A DNA stretch of 9,073 bases. It comes from Octopus sinensis. Taxonomy: Eukaryota. The notes under the pieces are model-generated. The model was not told the DNA's origin. It saw only the letters and a program-made list of their open reading frames with translations, and did not search any database. Made by a program: the position numbers and the translations under genes. The stretch covers positions 1-9,073 of the forward strand of contig NW_021828180.1 in assembly GCF_006345805.1 (NCBI RefSeq), read 5' to 3'. This document shows, one piece after another, positions 1 to 7,087 of this stretch (positions within the stretch are counted from its first letter, which is position 1; the number at the start of each line of letters is the position of its first letter).

Positions 1-94
1 TGAACCTTAGAGGGGAATATATTGAATAGAATCATAATTAACTGATCCTCCTGTATTTTCTCTTACCTCAAACCAGGAACTTAGCACGCACTCG
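1..94 (+). mobile_element. Mariner (Tc1/mariner) transposon right end: last transposase codons plus right TIR; cut by the window start
   Basis: Bases 3-29 read NLRGEYIE*, matching the mariner C-terminus (KCxxxxGxYxE). The first 60 bp match 2669-2728 at 52/60. TIR-like ACCAGGAACTTAGCACGCACTCG ends at 94 and is followed by a TA-rich run. Confidence 0.8.
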
Positions 95-121
95 TTATAT
101 ATGCATACCTACATACATATT

Positions 122-327
122 CTTTTATTCTCTTATTTGTTTCAGTCATTTGCCTGCGGCCATGCTAGAGCACCGCCTTTAGTCGGATAAATCGACCGCA
201 CGACTTGTTCTTTGTAAGCCTAGTACTTATTCTATCGGTCTCTTTTGCCGGACTGCTAAGTTACGAGGACGTAAACACACCAACATCGGTTGTCAGGCGA
301 TAGTGGGGGAACAAACACTGACACACA

Positions 328-363
<36 letters not shown>

Positions 364-380
364 CACACACCACACACACA

Positions 381-429
<49 letters not shown>

Positions 430-512
430 GACGGACTTCTTTCAGTTTCCGTCTACCAAATCCACACACAAGGCTTTGGTCGGCCCGAGGCTGCAGTGGA
501 AGACACTTGCCC
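122..512 (-). mobile_element. tRNA-derived SINE, family A (CORE-like octopus type), lacking its tRNA head, with internal (GT)n
   Basis: Minus strand reads TTGGGCAAGTGTCTTCCACTGCAGCCTCGGGCCGACCAAAGCC...(GT)n...GACCGATAGAATAAGTACTAGG...GACTGAAACAAATAAGAGAATAAAAGA. It is collinear with the copy at 1315-1686. TTGGGCAAGT resembles the CORE-SINE motif. Family assignment is from memory. Confidence 0.85.
321..426. repeat. (CA)n microsatellite, ~106 bp, inside SINE family A
   Basis: Direct reading; few interruptions. Confidence 0.98.
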
Positions 513-676
513 AATATAATGAATCAGTCAATCTTAAACTATCTGTCACCTATGGAAATGCTCTTGTGCATGCTTTTATCCGTTAAGTAAAATGTGTGTC
601 ATTCGATTCAATTTGCTGTCGTTTGTTATTTATTCAACCCGATTTAATATATTCAAATGCTGTTTGATGATTTTAG

Positions 677-741
677 ATATATATATATTATATATATATA
701 TATATATAGTAGAAATATATATATATATATAGTAGAAATAT
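677..741. repeat. (TA)n tract with duplicated AGTAGAAAT motif
   Basis: AGTAGAAAT occurs at 708-716 and 731-739, embedded in (TA)n. Confidence 0.9.
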
Positions 742-1101
742 GTTACGAAAAGAAAATAATGATATTTTTGTAAATGTCTCATTTATATCTATATATTGAC
801 CTACCATAAAAGGCCAATATTGGTAAAATGAGACATACTTATCTACATGACCGAAGCAGCTGTAAGATGTAATCTATACTTATATTTATATTTACTTATA
901 TGTATATTCTTTTTTTTTAAATATATTCTACTTATTATACAACATCACTCTTTTATGTACATTCCTTTATGTACACTGATTTGTTCTGCATTTTTATGTT
1001 TAATCCTACAGTCTCTTATGTGGTGGTTTAATAAAGTATGTGATTGAGTATTATCCGGTAACTGATATTTGATTTAGATGTATTTCTCCATTTTCTTATC
1101 T

Positions 1102-1103
<2 letters not shown>

Positions 1104-1195
<92 letters not shown>

Positions 1196-1278
1196 TATTA
1201 CACACACACACACGCATACAGATATATACCTATTATATATATTATACATACATACATAATACATACATACATACATAC

Positions 1279-1312
<34 letters not shown>
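1104..1312. repeat. Compound microsatellite (TA)n-(TG)n-(TA)-(CA)n-(TACA)n-(TA)n-(CA)n
   Basis: Direct reading. Confidence 0.97.
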
Positions 1313-1313
<1 letters not shown>

Positions 1314-1314
1314 C

Positions 1315-1686
1315 CTCTTATTCATTTCATTCACTGGACTGCTGTCATGCTGATGTGCCGCCTCGAAGGGATTCAGTCAAACAGACCGACCCTAATATTT
1401 TTTAACGTCCGCTATTTATTTTATCGGTGTCTATGACGATCCCTTAAGTGAAAGTGAGGTAAATAAACCAACCCCGGTTGCCAAGATGCGGGATGTGGGG
1501 CACACAAAACCGTTTGTACGCACACACATACACTCCACGGGTTTCTGTTTAGTAACCGTCTACCAAATTTATTCTCAAGTAATTAATCGGCCTGAGGCCA
1601 AAATAGAAGGCACTTGTCCCAAGGTGAGACTGAACCGGAAGCTACGTGGTTACGAAGCGATCTCCTTAACCACATTGCTATGCCTG
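1315..1686 (-). mobile_element. tRNA-derived SINE, family A; near full-length, older and more diverged copy
   Basis: Collinear with 122-512 (CCGTCTACCAAAT; TCGGCC(T/C)GAGGC; CACTTG(T)CCCAA; TATCGGT). The minus-strand 5' head has A-box-like TAGCAATGTGG and B-box-like GGTTCAGTCTC. Confidence 0.75.
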
Positions 1687-1687
<1 letters not shown>

Positions 1688-1720
<33 letters not shown>

Positions 1721-1728
1721 GACACTAT

Positions 1729-1772
<44 letters not shown>

Positions 1773-1838
1773 CTCTCTCTCTCACACATACACACACACT
1801 TTCTCTCTTCTCTTTCGCTTTCTCTCTCACACACTCAC
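1688..1838. repeat. Compound (CA)n/(CT)n microsatellite
   Basis: Direct reading. Confidence 0.96.
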
Positions 1839-1964
1839 GCATTTGATCTAATACAGGAAGAGAGAACATGTTTTTCTAGAGGTCTCTAGAATCTATCGGA
1901 TCTCGTTTGCCCTTTTCACCGATTTTATCCGAGAGTCTGTGTCCTCTCTTCTCAAAATTAGGCG

Positions 1965-2256
1965 AGATGAACATTTTACTGGTATAAAATATAGTTAAAG
2001 CGATATGTGATAAACATTATCATATATCGCATTAAGCTATGTAATAGTCACCGATTACACAGCATAGATATTGATGTGAAGCTCCAACAGCGGATAAAAC
2101 ATGCCAGCGTAACCTTTGGTCTCCTGAGAAGACGATTATATGAAGAGCATGGTCGGAGACAGCCAGCCATAATTATGTTTTATAAAGTAAGTTGTTGCAC
2201 ACGCGCTACTGTTACAGCTTTGAAAACTGAACATGTTATAAAAGTGATATCTTTAT
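1965..2256 (+). pseudogene. RTE-clade LINE ORF remnant (post-RT region), 5' part of a split element
   Basis: Bases 2064-2189 translate IDIDVKLQQRIKHASVTFGLLRRRLYEEHGRRQPAIIMFYKV. After two 1-bp frameshifts it continues VVAHALLYSFEN*TCYKSDI. This matches the RTE/BovB pattern IDxEIxxRIxKASxxFGRLxxRVW...YKAVVLxxLLYGCETWT. The left boundary is approximate. Confidence 0.8.
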
Positions 2257-2470
2257 AAATTTGAAGCATGGCTGATAGAATCTGGCTTCTAAATTAGGTG
2301 GTGCGAAAGGGCTTGTGGGAAAATCTGCCTATGATCTCATAAATTTGTTTTGAATTTTTGGGGAAAAGAGAACCAGATGTCTGAAGGCAAAAGCAGAAGC
2401 AACTGAAAAGAGTTCGATTTGGATCTGGTTAAGGAGGAATGAAAGTGGACTTCAGAAAGTATAATTTATC

Positions 2471-2631
2471 CTGCAGCGAACTAATGTCTTCGACTGAAAT
2501 GGTTACAGCAGTCAAGTTAATTTGGATCTGGGGCACCTTAACCATCCAGGAACGAGTGAATTAGTGTCTTCGACTAGACTGGTTACAATACTCAAGTAAT
2601 CTTGGATTTGGGGCACCTTAACCATCCAGGA
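2471..2631. repeat. Tandem duplication, 2 x 80 bp
   Basis: 2478-2550 vs 2558-2630 align without gaps with 12 mismatches in 73 bp. GGGCACCTTAACCATCCAGGA is identical in both copies. Confidence 0.95.
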
Positions 2632-2768
2632 GGGCTTAGAAAACTGAAAGAATGCTGCAATAAATGTGTGAATCTGAGAGGGGAATATGTTGAATAAAAC
2701 CATGATTAACTAATCCTTCTGTATTTTCTTTTAACTGAGAGTCAAGAACTTTTCAGCATCGTCTCGTA
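2631..2768 (+). mobile_element. Mariner right end (transposase C-terminus, right TIR, TA)
   Basis: Translates GLRKLKECCNKCVNLRGEYVE* with stop at 2695-2697, similar to mariner GIxKLxxRWxKCxxxxGxYxE. TIR-like GTCAAGAACTTTTCAGCATCGTCTCG ends at 2766, followed by TA. Homologous to 1-94. Confidence 0.85.
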
Positions 2769-2929
2769 ATGCAGACAATTGCACTGAATTTGGCAGCAGA
2801 GGTGTCCAGGAATTTATGAAGTGGATGCAACCCGGCTCCCGTAGAGTATAAAGAGTTAAGGGCTGAAACACAGGAACGAGGGCGGGAGGTGGTCTTCTAG
2901 GCTGAAGATCTTCTACTGTTCAGCTTTAT

Positions 2930-3506
2930 CTAGAGTTTCATGCTACTAGAGATGCCTGAAGAAGAGCTTGCCCATTCAGTGGCTGAACAAACGGCAGTAT
3001 GTCAGCGAGCTCGGGAAAGTCAATATCTTCTGCGTTGAAACCACCATAATTATGCGATATTAGCTTCGTCGCGCAAACCACGAATGAAAATGGTGGACCA
3101 TTGGTTGTATGAATAAATGTTTTACTCGTGGATAAGTGAAGAAAAATACACATAAGAGAGACGAATGAAATGATTCAAAGATGTATTTAAAGGAAATACG
3201 AAAAATCTGGCATCAGTGTGTGAGTAGTAATTGTGGGTGAATAGCCGATACAAGTTCAGACGGACGAATCGCCTATGAAAGAACACAACACTTCAACATA
3301 ACCTCAAGCAAACATTTAATGCATAAATGTCAGAGAAGCAAACACTTCGACGGAAACAACAGCATCTCTTCTCACGCAGGACAAGAAATGTAATATCTGC
3401 AACTAGACTTATGGATCACGCATTGGCCTACATACTTACATGTATGTACTTGAAAGTTAACTACGGTAGAGAATCGTTCTTCACTCCGTGGGATTGCCGA
3501 CAAAAA
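2930..3506 (+). pseudogene. RTE-clade LINE 3' end (C-terminal ORF region, degenerate CCHH-type zinc finger, 3' UTR); continuation of 1965-2256
   Basis: LEFHATR/CLKKSLPIQWLNKRQYVSELGKVNIFCVETTIIMRY*LR (2930-3069); KCFYSWISEEKYT*ERRMK*FKDVFKGNTK (from 3115); EKQTLRRK (~3333-3356); KCNICN*TYGSRIGLHTYM (3386-3442). The order matches RTE FHxRCLRxIL.I.W...LRW...KQLFYGEL..GKR..G..KRFKD.LK...EKRxRRK...CxxCxRxCxSRIGLxSH. Confidence 0.85.
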
Positions 3507-3531
3507 TGATATACACACACATATATGGATA

Positions 3532-3575
<44 letters not shown>

Positions 3576-3642
3576 GTCAGTCAGTCAGTCAGTCCGGACG
3601 GCCATCTATCTGTCTATCCATCATCCATCCATCCATCCATCC
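3532..3642. repeat. Compound tetranucleotide microsatellite (TCTA)n-(GTCA)n-(TCCA)n
   Basis: Direct reading. Confidence 0.96.
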
Positions 3643-3708
3643 ACCTCGCTTTTCGCCGTACTTCTTTCACACAGACTTTAATCGTAGTTCTGATTTCTAA
3701 TTAGTCGT

Positions 3709-3733
3709 AGAGAACTATGAGAAAGAGAACTAT

Positions 3734-3768
<35 letters not shown>
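3709..3768. repeat. 2 x 15-bp AGAGAACTATGAGAA followed by (AG)n
   Basis: Identical copies at 3709-3723 and 3724-3738. Confidence 0.95.
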
Positions 3769-3772
<4 letters not shown>

Positions 3773-3834
3773 AAAAACGACTTCGTTTAGACAAATTAAG
3801 ATATATCCTGTGAAGTACATGTGTATCTATTTTA

Positions 3835-3951
3835 CACAAACATACACGTACACATACAATACATACACTCACACACACATATACATACATTCGGATACAT
3901 ACACACTCACACACGCACATATCTATATACATACACACACACACACACACA
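3835..3951. repeat. Degenerate (CA)n/(TACA)n microsatellite
   Basis: Direct reading. Confidence 0.9.
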
Positions 3952-4325
3952 TAGTTTGAGAATGAACAAATAAAGCTGGCCGTTTTTATTATCCAGTTTT
4001 TATCGCCCCCAGACACAGATATTTGTAAATACAATATATGTATTTAGTTTGATAATACATATCTAAGTCATTTATCGATTACAAAAGTCAATAAACTCTG
4101 ATTATAATTTGATTTATTTCAACTTGGTCCTCCAATAACTGATCTTTTCGGCCATTTTGTCTGCAATTATTAATGCTATAAGACATAATAGTTACATTTT
4201 ATTAGTGATATCGTATTTCATACATATAATAGCTGTAAAGTAAGTGTACCTATATATGTAACCATAACTCTCAAGGACCTTTTGGATCAATCTAAAACGA
4301 TTGGAAAATTTTGAAAATGTCTATT

Positions 4326-4546
4326 TTAACCCCTTGCCTGTTCTGTGTATCACACGTGATGCACAAGACACATTTCCATGTCGTCCATGCCTCATATGTG
4401 ATACAGTTTCCCAATTTCTATGTTCAACCAATGGATTAATTGGGGCGGATGAAAAGAAAGTTTGATATGACTAAAAGCTTATGAAACAAAAGTTTGAAAT
4501 GCTTAAAACAGATTTACGAAAATGCTTTGGACAGACGAAAGGTTAA
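4326..4546. mobile_element. Candidate piggyBac-type MITE (213 bp between TTAA sites)
   Basis: Left end TTAACCCCTTGCCTGTTC versus reverse complement of right end TTAACCTTTCGTCTGTCC gives 13/18 matches, and all mismatches are C/T. TTAA at 4326-4329 and 4543-4546. Confidence 0.45.
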
Positions 4547-4852
4547 TATGTTTAAATAAGAATATAGTTATTATCATTCATGTTTGATATAATAGTTGCT
4601 AAACTACGCAACTATATGTCTTTTAACTGCTGTCATCACTACAATGATGTGCTCAAGTTTTTCCTGTCTCCATCTTCAAGCTTGGATTCACTTTGCCATT
4701 TCTGTACGACAGCCTAACTTACGATGACATAAACTGTTACGACAATGTTGTTGTAATAGTTACAATTTTAATGAAATGGAGTAATTATCTCTCGTTTTTG
4801 GATTTGGTTTGCAAGATTTTTTATATGAGTTGAAGCATATTCTCTTGTTAAC

Positions 4853-5172
4853 GGGGAGAGTCATTTTCTTTTTGTGCCTTATAATTTAACACACTCACCA
4901 GTAAAATTTCCACTTATTTCTTATTTTTATTTTCCTAAAATTTTCGTTGCGTCTTGCAACCTTTTCAATAGTCTTGACTCTGTCCGTAAATAACGGACAG
5001 AGTCAAGATTATTTACGGATAGAATCAAGACTATTTACGGACAGAGTCAAGACTATTGGAAAAGGTTTCAAGACGCAACGAAAATTTTAGGAAAATAAAA
5101 ATAAGAAATAAGTGGAAATTTTACCGGTGAGTGTGTTACATTATAAGGCACAAAAAGAAAATGACTCTCCCC
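4853..5172. repeat. 320-bp long inverted repeat (foldback/MITE-like) with ~140-bp arms and a 39-bp spacer made of 22-bp repeats
   Basis: Arm 4853-4992 equals the reverse complement of 5032-5172 with 3 substitutions and one 1-bp indel. Confidence 0.97.
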
Positions 5173-5231
5173 AGACACATATTTAGAAGCTATTAAGTAT
5201 TTTAAACACATCTGTTTTCCAACTACTTTTC

Positions 5232-5512
5232 ACGGCCAGACTATCCGATGTCCTTACATATTTGATGTTCGCGGCGCGCTCCCATTATTCTTTTGATTGT
5301 GAGTTTCTTTACAATTTATGCTCGAATTGTTTGACCACGTCATATTCCCATCATCTTGGAGATCTTTCTCCAAGTAGTCTCTTCCGATCTTTTGGGTTCC
5401 ACTCGACAAGTGCACAGGTATCGATGTTGTCTGTGAGTATTGTTCCATGACCAGCTCTGCAGAACGTGTGCATTCGGTATATTTCTCTCGGTATTCCTCG
5501 ATATTCCGAAGA
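5232..5512 (-). pseudogene. RTE-clade LINE 3' fragment (different subfamily from the 1965-3506 element)
   Basis: Minus strand translates ...CRAGHGTILTDNIDTCALVEWNPKDRKRLLGERSPR*WEYDVVKQFEHKL*RNSQSKE*WER. This matches the RTE-1 pattern WAGHVxRxxDNRWTxxxxEWxPRxxKRxxGRPxxRWxDD...AQxRxEW. The right-hand boundary coincides with the (TTC)n tract. Confidence 0.8.
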
Positions 5513-5672
5513 TTCTTCTTCTTCTTCTTCTTCTTCTTCTTCTTCTTCTTCTTCTTCTTCTTCTTCTTCTTCTTCTTCTTCTTCTTCTTCTTCTTCTTCT
5601 TCTTCTTCTTCTTCTTCTTCTCTTCTTCTTCTTTGTCTTCTTCTTCTTCTTCTTCTTATCTTCTTCTTCTTC
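5513..5672. repeat. (TTC)n microsatellite: 36 pure units (5513-5620) then degenerate
   Basis: Direct reading. Confidence 0.98.
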
Positions 5673-5784
5673 TCTTTATTCTGCTTTTTGTTGTCATTGT
5701 TCTCTTTTGTTCTTCCTGTAATGGTGATGGCGGTGTTGAAATTTTTAGCAGCGGAAAATTTAACTTCATACTTTTCTCGCCTTG

Positions 5785-5860
5785 TGTTGTTGTTACTGTT
5801 GCTATTGTTATTGTTGCTGTTGTTGTTGTTGTTGTTGTTGTTGTTACTGCTGCCGCCGCT
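5785..5860. repeat. Degenerate (TTG)n microsatellite grading into (CTG/CCG)n
   Basis: Direct reading. Confidence 0.92.
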
Positions 5861-6557
5861 GACACTAATTTTTGCAGCATCGCTATTCTGTTCTGCGGAC
5901 AACTGGTTCCGCTTCTTACCGGACGAACAAATCCTCCCTGCAATCTTTTCAACCAAATATTGAGAGGCATGTTTGCTAAGCAAACACCAGCTTAACCTCT
6001 AATGGCTATAGACAGAGAAAAATCACCTGCTCCCTAAAATCCTGGTTAGTTCATGTATAAATCGATAACAAATGATAAATATATAACTTTGTGTAACAAT
6101 AGAAATAACAAACTTACGGGATCGATGTATAATACATCGATAGACGAACAAGCAAAATAATAACAACAACAAGAACAAAAATAATAATAATGATGGCTGA
6201 TATAAATTTTGGTTGGTTGTTTGCTTTATATTATACAGAGAGAGGTGGGAAAGAGTAAAAGCGAGATACGGAAAAAATTAACATCGAATGTGCAGGATTC
6301 GTATACGCGCAAGGCTTGTTGATGTGAGAGTGAATGGAGGTATTAAGTGCCAAAGTAGTTATGGGAGGCGAATATATTTTTTGAAAATTACAATTCATTT
6401 CTTCATTTTGTGAAAAGCAAGAAACTAATAAAAATTAAATTATAATTATTACATGTATTAATATAAAATATTTCTTGATATTGCTCGTGGCGGTAAAAGT
6501 ATTACTTCCAAAGTTTCCGTCGTATGACTAGTAGTAAGAGTAGTTTCAAATTTTGAT

Positions 6558-6664
6558 AAAAGGCCAGCAATTTTAGTGGGAGGGTTAAATCGCTTACATC
6601 GATCCAGTATTTATTTTACCGACCCCACGAAGAGATGAAAATCAAAGTCGACCTCGGCAGCATT
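6558..6664 (-). mobile_element. tRNA-SINE family B, old partial copy
   Basis: AAGGCCAGCAATTTT...ACATCGATCCAGT...GATGAAAATCAAAGTCGACCTCGGCAG aligns with 6706-6917 and 7784-7930. Confidence 0.75.
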
Positions 6665-6917
6665 AATAATGATGATGATGAAAATAATAATAATAAGAAT
6701 AACAACCTTTTCTTACTATAGGCACAAGGCCTGAAATTTGGGGGGAGGGGGTAAGTCGATCAATCAGATCAACCTCAGTACTTGACTGGTACTTAATTTA
6801 TCGAAAGGATGGAAGACAATGTCAACCTCGGCAGAATTTGAACTCAGATCGTAAGGACGGACGAAATGCCGCTAAGCATTTTGCCCGGCATGCCAACAAC
6901 TCTGTCAGCTCACCGCC
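6665..6917 (-). mobile_element. tRNA-SINE family B, full length (body 6706-6917, (ATT)n-type tail 6665-6705)
   Basis: Minus-strand head GGCGGTGAGCTGACAGAGTTG (A-box-like) and GAGTTCAAATT (B-box-like); 3' end GGCCTTGTGCCTATAGTAAGAAAAGG followed by (TTA)-rich tail. Confidence 0.88.
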
Positions 6918-6918
6918 T

Positions 6919-6989
<71 letters not shown>

Positions 6990-7019
6990 TGATGATGATA
7001 ATATAATAATAATAATAAT

Positions 7020-7070
<51 letters not shown>

Positions 7071-7087
7071 TAAAAAATAATAATAAT
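6918..7087. repeat. (TAA)n microsatellite, ~170 bp, with a short (TGA)n interruption
   Basis: Direct reading. Confidence 0.98.

Noticed and set aside
290-1889. ORFs rich in HT/CV/YI dipeptides
   Set aside because: They are translations of (CA)n, (TG)n and (TA)n microsatellites and SINE sequence.
1874-1891. TTCTAGAG-GT-CTCTAGAA inverted repeat
   Set aside because: Only 8-bp arms with no supporting context; compatible with chance.
2007-2258. 83-aa ORF as a gene
   Set aside because: It is one frame of the decayed RTE; the homologous reading continues only via frameshifts.
2471-2631. CRISPR-like repeat/spacer array
   Set aside because: Only two units, the whole unit is homologous (no unique spacers), the context is eukaryotic and there are no cas genes.
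2846-2890. TATAAAG plus GGGCGG as a promoter
   Set aside because: Short motifs inside an insert within a dead LINE; no downstream gene.
2938-3153. 71-aa minus-strand ORF
   Set aside because: It is antisense to the RTE remnant, which explains the sequence.
3327-3509. 60-aa ORF
   Set aside because: It overlaps the RTE 3' end; the zinc-finger-like homology lies in another frame.
4592-4615. ATAGTTGC...GCAACTAT hairpin
   Set aside because: 8-bp arms in AT-rich DNA; no U-tract or other support.
5351-5995. Overlapping 93-210-aa ORFs (poly-E/F/S/L/N)
   Set aside because: Open in many frames because TTC and TTG repeats lack stops. The poly-N segment could in principle be an exon, but I see no convincing splice sites or homology.
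6830-6917. tRNA gene
   Set aside because: A/B-box-like motifs are present but belong to a SINE head continuous with the SINE body; no complete cloverleaf is evident.
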